Below, one piece after another: positions 50,392-60,518 of a DNA stretch of 64,000 bases; positions within the stretch are counted from its first letter, which is position 1, and the number at the start of each line of letters is the position of its first letter. The position numbers and the translations under genes were made by a program. The stretch is from a virus (Duplodnaviria; Caudoviricetes): IMG/VR virus record IMGVR_UViG_3300012665_000704, positions 1 through 64,000 of that record; one strand, written 5' to 3'. Below the pieces are notes generated by a model. The model had not been told where the DNA came from, made no database searches, and worked only from the letters and a program-made list of their open reading frames with translations.

Positions 50392-51663
50392 ATGCAAGAC
50401 CCAATAGTTGTAGAGAATTTAGTAAAACATGGTAAACACTTTTGTGTATTACCCTGGGTCCACTTTCATTCATGGCCTGATGGCAGAGTTATGCCTTGCT
50501 GTGTTGCTGACAGTAATATGCCAGTGGCTGAGATTAAAAAAGATGAATCTATCATACAAATGGTTAATAGTGAAGATTTCAAAAAAATGCGTACTGCTAT
50601 GTTAGCTGATGAACCAGTTGAAGCATGTAAGCGTTGCTATGACCTAGAGTTAATGGGTACTTGGACAATGCGTTTAAGCCACAATAAACGCCGAGGATTA
50701 GAGTATGTTAATCATATAAGTGAAATTACAGAAGATGATGGTAGTTTGACTGAATTCAAAATGAAATACATGGATTTACGTTTTAGTAATATGTGTAACA
50801 TGAAGTGCCGTAGTTGCGGTCCTGGCTGTAGTAGTTTATGGGCACAGGAGTTTATTGATGAACGCGGAGTTGATGTATACGAAGAATATTTTCACACAAA
50901 AAAAATTGTAATTAACAAAGCAGAAGAAATGGGCTTTATGAATAAATTAAAGCCATATCTAAAAGACGTTACTGAGGTTTACTTTGCTGGTGGTGAAATT
51001 ATTATCACTCCTGAACATTATGAATGTTTAGATTATTGGATTGAGAATGGTTTAAACGAACAAGTTGAACTAACATATACAACTAACTTTAGTTCGTTGA
51101 AATACAAAGACAAAGATTTAATTGGCTATTGGAAGAAATTCCCCCAACTTAAAATATGGGCTAGTTTAGATGCAGAAGGATCAGTTGCAGAAACTATTCG
51201 TAAAGGAACAGATTGGGACAGAATTGTTAAAAATATTAAAACATTAAAAGAGCAAGTACCACATGCACAGTTTCAAATTACTCCTACTATTAGTATTTGG
51301 AATGTATTTCATTTCCCTGATTTCTTTGACTATATGATCGAACAAGGATTTATTGATACAACATCAAGTCCTAGATTTAATCTAGCAACTAATCCATGGT
51401 ATGCAAATATTATGATATTACCTGTTCACGTTAAACGTAGATTAGCAGAGTTATATCGGGTGTATCAAAACAAATATAAAGACAACGTTGATATCTACAA
51501 TGGTTTTAAGATGATTATATACAACTTAACTGTAGGTGAAGAAAACAAAGGTGGAATCTTAGAATTCAAACAGTTTAATGATGAGTTAGATGAATTCAGA
51601 GATGAAAAATTAATAGACATTATTCCAGAATTAAAAGAGGTATATGAATGGGCAAAAAGCTAA
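50392..51663 (+). CDS. Radical SAM enzyme with an N-terminal twitch/SPASM-like domain
   Basis: FCVLPW...PCC...CKRCY; CNMKCRSC; AGGE; YTTN. Confidence 0.9.
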   Translation: MQDPIVVENLVKHGKHFCVLPWVHFHSWPDGRVMPCCVADSNMPVAEIKKDESIIQMVNSEDFKKMRTAMLADEPVEACKRCYDLELMGTWTMRLSHNKRRGLEYVNHISEITEDDGSLTEFKMKYMDLRFSNMCNMKCRSCGPGCSSLWAQEFIDERGVDVYEEYFHTKKIVINKAEEMGFMNKLKPYLKDVTEVYFAGGEIIITPEHYECLDYWIENGLNEQVELTYTTNFSSLKYKDKDLIGYWKKFPQLKIWASLDAEGSVAETIRKGTDWDRIVKNIKTLKEQVPHAQFQITPTISIWNVFHFPDFFDYMIEQGFIDTTSSPRFNLATNPWYANIMILPVHVKRRLAELYRVYQNKYKDNVDIYNGFKMIIYNLTVGEENKGGILEFKQFNDELDEFRDEKLIDIIPELKEVYEWAKS

Positions 51664-52622
51664 TCGCAATTGAGGCGCCACAGCCCTATCTTGCAATCAC
51701 ATGGCAAGTTAACAACTATTGCAACTTTAAATGTAGCTACTGCAATCCTGGTAATTGGGGAGGCACAGATATTAATGACGGTAATTTAGATTTGTATATT
51801 AGCAATTTAGCTACCATGATTAATAAGTATAAAGCTGCCGGATATAAGAATTTTAAGTTCTTCTTTAGCGGTGGTGAACCTACAGCATGGAAAAACTTTA
51901 TTCCAATATGTGAATGGATTTATAAAGAACTACCACGTGCTACACTGGCAGTAAACACTAACCTATCCCGCCCGTTAGCATGGTGGGAAAAGCATTATCA
52001 TTTGTTTGATGATGTTGTTGCTAGTTACCATGTTGAGTTTAGTGATAAAAGAAGATATGAAGAAAACAGTATTTTCTTATGTGATAAAGTAAACTATCTT
52101 AGCACCAAGATGCTAATGCATGAAGAAAGATTCTGGGAAGTAGTTGAGTATGGTAATTATTTAAAAACAGTAATGCCAAATTATTTCTTAGAATGGACTC
52201 CGTTGTTTGATGAGATGAGTGTTAATGCAGGGCCTTGGCAGTATAAAGATCCAGCAAAAGAACAATGGCTACGTGAACACACTACTGAGATTCAACAAAC
52301 TAAACGTAAACCTATGAAGCGAACAACACTTACGGTTAGTTATAATAAATATGATGACGGAAGTAATGAAGTTTGTAATAGTAATGAAGTGATTGTAGCA
52401 GGTAATAATTTCTTTAGTGGTTGGAATTGTAATGTAGGTGATGCTATTTTTATTAATCCAGTGGGTGAAATGAGTTTAGCAAGTTGCGGCATGGGCGGTT
52501 ATGTTGGACATATATTAACTGACATTAATCGTGTAGGACCAAAACAAATTGTATGTGAAAAAGAACATTGTCATTGTGGTACTGATATTATCATTCCTAA
52601 ATTTATAGAAGAAACAATATGA
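51648..52622 (+). CDS. Radical SAM enzyme with a C-terminal twitch/SPASM-like domain
   Basis: CNFKCSYC; SGGEP; C-terminal CNVG...INPVG...SC...CEKEHCHC. Confidence 0.88.
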   Translation: MGKKLIAIEAPQPYLAITWQVNNYCNFKCSYCNPGNWGGTDINDGNLDLYISNLATMINKYKAAGYKNFKFFFSGGEPTAWKNFIPICEWIYKELPRATLAVNTNLSRPLAWWEKHYHLFDDVVASYHVEFSDKRRYEENSIFLCDKVNYLSTKMLMHEERFWEVVEYGNYLKTVMPNYFLEWTPLFDEMSVNAGPWQYKDPAKEQWLREHTTEIQQTKRKPMKRTTLTVSYNKYDDGSNEVCNSNEVIVAGNNFFSGWNCNVGDAIFINPVGEMSLASCGMGGYVGHILTDINRVGPKQIVCEKEHCHCGTDIIIPKFIEETI

Positions 52623-53938
52623 GTGGCCCAATACGCATAGCATATAGTTGGATAGGGCCCAGAGGCCCTATGATTAACACAGAGCTACCTAACATATTAT
52701 CTTTTGCTGCCGTAGCAGAAGGAGCACAAACAACTTCTCGTAACTTTTGGGCAGATGATATATGGTGGAGAATATTCCATGAAAACGGAGATTATGAATT
52801 ATCTAGCATATTTGGGCTAGATCAAAGACATACTTTTATATACCCTTTCACGTTAACTTGGCGTATTCCCTTTGCTAATTACTTTTATGGAAACTCAGGA
52901 ATACTTGAATTTTCACATACCCCTAATCATATTATACATCATGTGCGTAGAAGTAATGGTTATATTTTAATTGATTGTACTGCGGAAGCGTGGGTAGAAG
53001 ATTCTCATTTGCAAGCAATGCATACTTATTTTGGTCACTTTAATCACATTCCAATGGGAAAAATTATATATCTTACTGGTTGTATGAATGCAACAGATGT
53101 ATATGAAAAATTCTGTAAGGAAAATAACGTACCAAATAATAGTAGGGATAGAATGAAATTATTTTCTTTTCCTATATCTCAAAGTGGAATTGCAACTAAT
53201 TTATTTCATCAGCCCAATGAACCTGTGTATGATGTTGATACTGTCCCTGAGAAATTATTTTTGTGTTGGAACAGAAGATTTCGCAGTCATAGAACATCTC
53301 TAGCCCTGGCTCTTAATAAACATGGATTAGTTGACAGGAGTTATTATAGTATGGGATTAGTAGACCCGGAAGCAACTACCGTAACCTTTCAAAGTACAGT
53401 CGATTTATATAACGGCAACACAAATGGAATAACAACAGATGATGTAACTAATTTTGTAAATAAATTACCATTGATAATTGATGGTGAAAATGATATCCAT
53501 CAAATGTGCCAAGACTTTGATGCCGCCGCCCGCAATTTTTATATCAATAGTTTAGTTAGTATAGTGACAGAAACTAATTTTGCATCCACAGCATTAACTT
53601 TAACTGAAAAATCATTTAAACCATCTAAAGAAAAACATCCATTTATTATTGTAGGAGTAAAGGGTGCATTAAAATCAATGCGTGAGTTTGGATTTCAGAC
53701 ATTTGGTGAGTTTTGGGATGAATCGTATGACGAAGAAGAAAATCCAACAACAAGATTACATAAAATAATAGAAGTTTGTAAAGACATAGGAAATTGGGAT
53801 AGAGAAAAAATACTCGATTTTAAAAGAAAAGTAAAACCAATATTAGAGAATAACTATATGATGGTGCAAAGTAACACTGCTAAAGTTATAGCAGGAAAAA
53901 TAGAAAATACAATAAGGCAAGGGAAAAACTTACTATGA
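52619..53938 (+). CDS. GT-B-like glycosyltransferase (TEK-motif family)
   Basis: FLCWNRRFRSHR, SIVTET, LTEKSFKP, HPFIIVG, GFQTF, DESYD. Confidence 0.55.
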   Translation: MSGPIRIAYSWIGPRGPMINTELPNILSFAAVAEGAQTTSRNFWADDIWWRIFHENGDYELSSIFGLDQRHTFIYPFTLTWRIPFANYFYGNSGILEFSHTPNHIIHHVRRSNGYILIDCTAEAWVEDSHLQAMHTYFGHFNHIPMGKIIYLTGCMNATDVYEKFCKENNVPNNSRDRMKLFSFPISQSGIATNLFHQPNEPVYDVDTVPEKLFLCWNRRFRSHRTSLALALNKHGLVDRSYYSMGLVDPEATTVTFQSTVDLYNGNTNGITTDDVTNFVNKLPLIIDGENDIHQMCQDFDAAARNFYINSLVSIVTETNFASTALTLTEKSFKPSKEKHPFIIVGVKGALKSMREFGFQTFGEFWDESYDEEENPTTRLHKIIEVCKDIGNWDREKILDFKRKVKPILENNYMMVQSNTAKVIAGKIENTIRQGKNLL

Positions 53939-54912
53939 AAAAAATATTAGTATGTGGTGCAGGTGGATTCATTGGCTCTCACCTAGTAGAAAAATTAAAA
54001 GAACAAGGCAACTATGTTATAGGTGTTGATTTACATTACCCATTGTATAGTTCAACTAAAGCTGATGTATTTTATCTAATGGATTTGCGTGAACAAGAAA
54101 ATGTTCGTAAATTAATTACACGTGATATTGATGAAATTTATCAACTAGCCGCAGACATGGGCGGCGCAGGATATATTTTTACAGGTGAGCATGATGCTGA
54201 CATTATGCATAACAGTTGTCAAATTAATTTGAATGTATTAGATGCAATGGTTAAAGCTAACGTAAAGAAAGTGTTTTATAGTTCAAGCGCATGTATGTAT
54301 CCGAGTCATAATCAGGAAGATCCTGATAATCCATTGATGGCAGAAGATAGTGCATACCCGGCTAATCCAGACAGTGAGTACGGCTGGGAAAAACTATTTA
54401 GCGAACGTTTGTATATGACATACGCTAAGAATTATGGATTTGATGTACGTATTGCAAGATTTCATAATATTTTCGGACCACATGGTTCATGGGATAACGG
54501 TAAAGAAAAAGCTCCGGCAGCGTTATGTCGTAAAGTAGCACTATGCAAAGATGGCGGAGTTGTTGATGTTTGGGGTCCTGGAAATCAAACTCGTAGTTTC
54601 TTGTACATTGACGAATGTGTTGAAGGTATTCAACGCATTATGAATAGCAATTATACTAAACCAGTAAACTTGGGTAGTACACGAATGATTAGTATCAATC
54701 AACTTGTATTTCTAATCGCAAAGTTGAACCGAAAGAATGTTAGTATTCGTAATATAGACGGCCCGCGCGGCGTAATGGGTCGCAACAGTGACAATAAGTT
54801 GATTAAAGAAGTTATCGATTGGGCACCAGACGAAGATTTAGAATCTGGTTTGATTAAAACTTATAAATGGATTGATGAACAGATTCAATTAGGTTTGAAG
54901 GATGTAGCATGA
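53935..54912 (+). CDS. GDP-mannose 3,5-epimerase-like extended SDR
   Basis: GAGGFIG, LAADMGGAGYI, SSSACMYP, YGWEK, RFHNIFGP, EKAPAALCRK, QTRSF and GRNSDN match GME signature blocks. Confidence 0.85.
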   Translation: MKKILVCGAGGFIGSHLVEKLKEQGNYVIGVDLHYPLYSSTKADVFYLMDLREQENVRKLITRDIDEIYQLAADMGGAGYIFTGEHDADIMHNSCQINLNVLDAMVKANVKKVFYSSSACMYPSHNQEDPDNPLMAEDSAYPANPDSEYGWEKLFSERLYMTYAKNYGFDVRIARFHNIFGPHGSWDNGKEKAPAALCRKVALCKDGGVVDVWGPGNQTRSFLYIDECVEGIQRIMNSNYTKPVNLGSTRMISINQLVFLIAKLNRKNVSIRNIDGPRGVMGRNSDNKLIKEVIDWAPDEDLESGLIKTYKWIDEQIQLGLKDVA

Positions 54913-55793
54913 AGAAATATATAATAGGATTAGGTTGTAGCTGGACACAAGGTGAGGGTGGATACCCGGAAGAAATATGGAAACAGTACAATGGTAGTCC
55001 ACAAAGAGCATTGCGTTGCAAAGATGATTATCATATTAGGCACTATGAACATGAAAACAGTTGGGTTAACGTTTTGTGCCGCGACTATTTCAATGATTAC
55101 ACTCCGGTCAACTTAGGTGTTAAGGGTATTGGTAATAGGGCGGCAGTTCATCAGTTACATTTTTGTGATATAATTGATTGGGAGAACAGTGAAGGCATTA
55201 TTGTTTTAATGTTGAGTGGGTTTGAAAGATTTGATTTCTTTCAACAACATCCTAAACGTAACGAAGGTAATGATAACACATACAGCACTCCGGGTGAGTT
55301 TGCACATCATAAGTGGCGCACAGCATGGCCTATACCCAATCAAGGTGGAGAAGAAGCACCTATATATACTGTGTACAGTGATATGTTATGGAGTGAACAA
55401 TTTGTTGCTTGTGAACAAATGATGGCTCTTTTAGATGTACAAACATTTGCAAAAGCACACGGGTTTAAACTAGTGGTTGCAAATGGTTTTAATCAACGAC
55501 AAGAAGGTATAAAAACTTATTTGCGAAACAATGCGGGAAGTTTAACTGACAAATTCAATTGGGATTCTTACGTACATCACACTACCGATTATTCCGCATT
55601 TGTTGAAAAGTTAGTTCAACTAGATGGACTCATTCCTGCTCGTAATTGGGATAGATTCCATTCATTCTATAGTCAGCGTGATTGGCCTGCTAAATATCTT
55701 ACAAACTGTGAAGGTGCACATCCTACCCTTGAGGGTTATAAAGTAATAGGAAGTGAACTTGCACAATTTATAAGATTGCGTGGTTATGTCTAA
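54909..55793 (+). CDS. SGNH-like esterase/acyltransferase
   Basis: GLGCSWT block I, NLGVKGIGN block II, C-terminal AHP. Confidence 0.6.
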   Translation: MKKYIIGLGCSWTQGEGGYPEEIWKQYNGSPQRALRCKDDYHIRHYEHENSWVNVLCRDYFNDYTPVNLGVKGIGNRAAVHQLHFCDIIDWENSEGIIVLMLSGFERFDFFQQHPKRNEGNDNTYSTPGEFAHHKWRTAWPIPNQGGEEAPIYTVYSDMLWSEQFVACEQMMALLDVQTFAKAHGFKLVVANGFNQRQEGIKTYLRNNAGSLTDKFNWDSYVHHTTDYSAFVEKLVQLDGLIPARNWDRFHSFYSQRDWPAKYLTNCEGAHPTLEGYKVIGSELAQFIRLRGYV

Positions 55794-57711
55794 AAAAATA
55801 ATTAGTTTTGTAAATCCAAATTTTCAGCAAGGCCCTAAAGAATTTAATGCATATTATCTTCCGTACAGCCCTGCTGTCCTATGGTCATACGTAGCACAAT
55901 TTGAAAACATTACTAAAGAATATGAATTAGGCGAATTTATCTGGCGTAGAGATTTAATTGAAGAAGCAGTAGCTAGACTGAAAGACCATGCAATTGTTGG
56001 ATTCAGTACATACATTTGGAATCGTAGTTATAATACTGTATTAGCACGTGAATTAAAAAAAGCTAACCCAAACATTCTTATTCTTGCAGGTGGACCAGAG
56101 TACCCTATTGAGAAACCACACTTCTTTAAAACATACCCGTTCATTGATATTTGTGCTAAGTTAGAAGGAGAGAAATCATTCAAAAAGATTCTTGAACATT
56201 TTTTAACAGATAAAGACTATACATCTATTCCTGGCTTGTTAATTAACAATAACGGAGAGACAATCGATACAGGCGATGCTATACGTATTGATGATTTGGA
56301 TACAATACCTAGTCCATACTTAACTGATGTATTCAAAAGTCTCATGGAAAAACATCCAGAGATACGTTGGAATGCCACATTAGAAACAAACAGAGGTTGT
56401 CCATATGCTTGTACTTTTTGCGACTGGGGTTCACTAACATATAACAAAGTTAAGAAGTTTAACCTTGAACGTGTATATGAAGAACTAGAGTGGATAGGTA
56501 AAAATCAATGTGACTTTGTTTCACTAACTGATGCTAACTTTGGTATATTCCCTGAACGTGATAGTTTGATTGCTGATAAACTAATTGCTGTTCAAAAAGA
56601 ATATAACAATCCCAAAGCATATACAATTGCATGGGCAAAGAATCAAAAACGTGAAGTCGTAGAGATTGTACGCAAGTTGATTTATGAAGGTGGCAGTAAG
56701 ATGGGTCTTAACTTATCTGTTCAATCTATGGATGATAATGTATTAGAGATTATCAAACGTAAAAACTTAGAGATGCATAAGATTACAGAAGTATTTGAGA
56801 TGTGTGAAGAATACAACATCCCATTGTATACTGAATTGATTTTAGGATTACCCGGCGAGACATTAGAAACTTGGAAAGATAATTTCTACAAGTTGTATAA
56901 AGCAGGCAATCATACAGGCATCACTGTTTATCAAGCACAACTGTTAGAAAACGCTGAGATGAATTTGTTACAGCGTAAGTTGTATAAACTAGAAGGTCAG
57001 ATTGTTTATGATTATCTAGTTGGTACATATAATGAACACGAATTAAAAGAGGGTATTGAAGTTATTGTTTCAACAAAAGATTTACCATTTGACAAAATGG
57101 TTGATGCACAAGTCTTTAGTTGGTTTATGAACACGTTTCACATTAACGGTATTACTAACTATATCAGTCGATTTTTGTTCAAATATTCAAATATAGAATA
57201 CGAAACATTCTATGGTAAACTATTAGAACACATTGAAAAAGATGATTGGTTTCTAAATGAAACAAAACGTATCAGAGAGCATTATAGTAATTGGAGTAAG
57301 TACGGCAGAATAGACCATGAACCTATTCAGGGTATGGAAATTCATGGCTGGAACTTAATTCATAGTACATTGATTAACTTGCATGGTCAAGGTAAACACG
57401 AACATGTATTCAATATTATACGTGACTTTACAAAACAATTTAATCTACCAGAAGATATTTTTGAAGAACTAATGAAGTTCCAAAGTACTTTCTTAGTTGA
57501 CCACAATAAGATACAGCAATATCCTCAAGTATTAGAGTTTAACCATGACATTATGGGTTATATTCAAACTGGCATGGAACTAAACAACACTGTTAAGTAT
57601 GAATTTGATTTTCCAGAAGATAAAGATATGAGTTTACAACGATTCTGTGAACAGATATTTTTTGCTAGAAGAAGAAATTTTGGTAAGTCATGGGTAACTA
57701 AGCATGTCTAA
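55786..57711 (+). CDS. Cobalamin-binding (class B-like) radical SAM enzyme
   Basis: GFSTYIWN and GGPE in the B12 domain; EGE, IPSPY, ETNRGCPYACTFCDWG, DANFG, ELILGLPGET. Confidence 0.9.
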   Translation: MSKKIISFVNPNFQQGPKEFNAYYLPYSPAVLWSYVAQFENITKEYELGEFIWRRDLIEEAVARLKDHAIVGFSTYIWNRSYNTVLARELKKANPNILILAGGPEYPIEKPHFFKTYPFIDICAKLEGEKSFKKILEHFLTDKDYTSIPGLLINNNGETIDTGDAIRIDDLDTIPSPYLTDVFKSLMEKHPEIRWNATLETNRGCPYACTFCDWGSLTYNKVKKFNLERVYEELEWIGKNQCDFVSLTDANFGIFPERDSLIADKLIAVQKEYNNPKAYTIAWAKNQKREVVEIVRKLIYEGGSKMGLNLSVQSMDDNVLEIIKRKNLEMHKITEVFEMCEEYNIPLYTELILGLPGETLETWKDNFYKLYKAGNHTGITVYQAQLLENAEMNLLQRKLYKLEGQIVYDYLVGTYNEHELKEGIEVIVSTKDLPFDKMVDAQVFSWFMNTFHINGITNYISRFLFKYSNIEYETFYGKLLEHIEKDDWFLNETKRIREHYSNWSKYGRIDHEPIQGMEIHGWNLIHSTLINLHGQGKHEHVFNIIRDFTKQFNLPEDIFEELMKFQSTFLVDHNKIQQYPQVLEFNHDIMGYIQTGMELNNTVKYEFDFPEDKDMSLQRFCEQIFFARRRNFGKSWVTKHV

Positions 57712-58651
57712 AAGATTCTACACTTCAGTTAATGGTTTTAATTATAACGAAATACTAAAAACTGAAGCTAGTGAGATTGTTCTATTAAGTGAAACTGAAT
57801 GGGAAATTAATATCCCTGAATATTTTCTAAACGAATTAAAAGTTCCACTAAGAATTGTATTGGGTTCGTTTGAATCTGAATACTATACTGAAAGATACAA
57901 AAACATTAATGTAGAATATTGGAATACGCATTGGCTGGGTTGGTCACAACTGCAACTCAAACATGAACAGTGGTTTAAAACATATAAACCTAATATTGAA
58001 TTTAAATATCCGTTCATTTCATTAAACAATAGAAGTCATATTCATAGATGTGTATTCATTGATGAATTAGCAAAACAAAACCTAGTTGACAGAGGAATTG
58101 TTACCTGGATAAAACATCTAAATGAAAATAAAAATTATCCTTATCAATATTTTGACAATCAAATTAGAAAACTTGATGATGATTTTCAAACACAATTAAA
58201 CAGTTTTATTATACCTCAAGAATTCCATGATTCGTTTTTTCATATAGTTACTGAAGCAACATGCGTAACACCTTTCTTAACTGAGAAAACAGCGATACCT
58301 TTGTTACTAAAGAAACCATTTATGATTATAGGTTCGCAGTACTATAATCAAAAACTTGTTGAATTGGGTTTTAAGTTATATGATGAAATAATTGATTATG
58401 CATATGACAATATAGTAGACCTACACGAACGAACACGATTGTTTGTAACTAATATACATAAAATTGTAAATTGCAATTCTACAGAAATGTATGAACTATT
58501 AAAGCCTAAAATTGAGTTCAATTATAATCGTGCTTTAGAGATTATCAATGATACTAATTTTATTCCTGATATCATAAAAGAACGATGTGTTTCTGGTGCA
58601 AATGATTTGATAGTAGATAGTAGATATGAAGTATTGATGAGGGGTATATGA
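57704..58651 (+). CDS. GT-B-like glycosyltransferase (TEK-motif family)
   Basis: FISLNNRSHIHR, HIVTE, FLTEKT, KPFMIIG, GFKLYDE, DYAYD. Confidence 0.55.
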   Translation: MSKRFYTSVNGFNYNEILKTEASEIVLLSETEWEINIPEYFLNELKVPLRIVLGSFESEYYTERYKNINVEYWNTHWLGWSQLQLKHEQWFKTYKPNIEFKYPFISLNNRSHIHRCVFIDELAKQNLVDRGIVTWIKHLNENKNYPYQYFDNQIRKLDDDFQTQLNSFIIPQEFHDSFFHIVTEATCVTPFLTEKTAIPLLLKKPFMIIGSQYYNQKLVELGFKLYDEIIDYAYDNIVDLHERTRLFVTNIHKIVNCNSTEMYELLKPKIEFNYNRALEIINDTNFIPDIIKERCVSGANDLIVDSRYEVLMRGI

Positions 58652-59736
58652 TAATTATAGGACAAATTTGGAATTATAATTTCAAATTGCTTCTAACACA
58701 ATTAGAAGAAAATTTACCACGTGTAAAACATATTATATTTGATTTCTTATTAGAGAGTAGTTATATACCTTCTATAAATCAACAAGAAGCATACTATAAG
58801 ATGGTTGATTTGGCATATGAAAATAATATACCAGTCACTATACTTACACCATTTGACAGAACAGCAGAACCATTATTAGATTTTTCTCAACCTAAATTTT
58901 CACGTATTAAAATGATTCATTGGGAAACATTTTGGTTTAAACGCACCCACGTTGCATGGACATCACCTTATAAAATTAGAGATAACTTAAAAAAGAATCT
59001 TGATATTGAAAGATTTGATAGCAGTAGAGAATTAAATGACTTTAAATATCCCTACATTACATTAAACAATATTTCAAAACTACACAGATCACTAGTAATG
59101 GATTTACTTGCAAAACACAACTTAATTGACGTTGGTGCAATTGCATGGAGAGATATCAATCATGCATGTGATGAAGTTAGACATACATTCCCTGAGGGTA
59201 TGACAGATAGTATGTATTTAGGATATCCGTATAAATATTGGAAACCAAAAAGAATGATATTGGATATGGGTATCGATGAGATTTTTAACCAAGAAACGAT
59301 GCCGACTGAATTTAATCAATCATTTATGCAATTGGTTACTGAATCTGATCCAGATATTACTTTCTTTAGTGAAAAAACTGCTACACCCATACTGTTGAAT
59401 AAACCATTTTTAGTTGCGTCAAATCAAAATTTTCACAGTAGATTGCGTAGTTTTGGATTTGTTGACTATGATGAGTTATTTGACTATTCATTTGACAGTG
59501 AACCAGATATTGCATTAAGGTATGAGGGATTGATTGAAAACATAAAAAGATATGCATCCTTTGATAAACAACAATTGAAAAAGTTACATGATAGTATATT
59601 TGACAAGTTATTGTACAACAAACAACAAGCAATGAATATTGTTAATAATATTCCACCTGAAATTGCAGAAATGGTTACTTACTTAAAACATGAAAACGTT
59701 CAAGGGTATGATGGCCCACTAAATATATTTCTATGA
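58648..59736 (+). CDS. GT-B-like glycosyltransferase (TEK-motif family)
   Basis: YITLNNISKLHR, QLVTES, FFSEKT, KPFLV, GFVDYDE, DYSFD. Confidence 0.55.
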   Translation: MIIIGQIWNYNFKLLLTQLEENLPRVKHIIFDFLLESSYIPSINQQEAYYKMVDLAYENNIPVTILTPFDRTAEPLLDFSQPKFSRIKMIHWETFWFKRTHVAWTSPYKIRDNLKKNLDIERFDSSRELNDFKYPYITLNNISKLHRSLVMDLLAKHNLIDVGAIAWRDINHACDEVRHTFPEGMTDSMYLGYPYKYWKPKRMILDMGIDEIFNQETMPTEFNQSFMQLVTESDPDITFFSEKTATPILLNKPFLVASNQNFHSRLRSFGFVDYDELFDYSFDSEPDIALRYEGLIENIKRYASFDKQQLKKLHDSIFDKLLYNKQQAMNIVNNIPPEIAEMVTYLKHENVQGYDGPLNIFL

Positions 59737-60509
59737 ATATTGATTGGTCAAAATATAAAAGATTTTTTGCATTTGGGTGCAGTTTTACTAGCTATATGTG
59801 GCCTACGTGGGCTGATGTTGTTTCTAAAGAAATGCCCAATGCTGAATTCTTTAATTTAGGTGTTAGTGGTTCCGGTAATCTTTTAATTTCATTACGTATT
59901 GCAGAAGCAAATACTAGATTTAAATTTACTGATACAGATTTAATTATGGTTATGTTTACAACATATACTAGGGAAGATCGCTACATAGATAATAAATGGG
60001 TTACAGCAGGTAATATATTTAACAATGACATTTATCCCAAAGATTGGGTAAAAGAATTTTGTGATGAACGCGGATATTTAATACGTGATGCGGCTTTATT
60101 AGAAAACACGACTCGATATTTAGAATCATTACCCGCTGATAGTTATTGTATGCTAAGTGTACCGTTCAGAGAAGGGTCAAATGATTGTGATTCTCCGTAT
60201 GAAGATGTAATCAGTGACGTATACACTTTGTACTCAGATACTTTTAGTAAATTCCCACTGTCAATGTATGAACTTGAACTTAAAAATATGTGGGAACCTG
60301 ACTATAATGGGTTCGCTGACGGACATCCTACTACAATGCGTTATTATAACTATTTAGAAAAATTAGGATTATCACTATCTGAAAGTACAAAACAGTTTGC
60401 ATTAGATGCAACACAAATATTAGTAGAATCAAAAAGCAGAGCCATACTGCCTATAATGTTTCCGGAACAAAATAATAATATTTCAAAAGCATGTAGATTA
60501 ATGTTTTAA
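59733..60509 (+). CDS. SGNH-like esterase/acyltransferase
   Basis: AFGCSFT, NLGVSGSGN, DGHP. Confidence 0.6.
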   Translation: MNIDWSKYKRFFAFGCSFTSYMWPTWADVVSKEMPNAEFFNLGVSGSGNLLISLRIAEANTRFKFTDTDLIMVMFTTYTREDRYIDNKWVTAGNIFNNDIYPKDWVKEFCDERGYLIRDAALLENTTRYLESLPADSYCMLSVPFREGSNDCDSPYEDVISDVYTLYSDTFSKFPLSMYELELKNMWEPDYNGFADGHPTTMRYYNYLEKLGLSLSESTKQFALDATQILVESKSRAILPIMFPEQNNNISKACRLMF

Positions 60510-60518
60510 AGGATTGTG

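Noticed and set aside
51648-52622. Viperin-like or QueE/7-deazaguanine DNA-modification identity
   Set aside because: Lacks the viperin NYHF...CFH context and the QueE pattern, has a twitch-like tail, and there are no queC/queD/folE/dpdA neighbours in the window.
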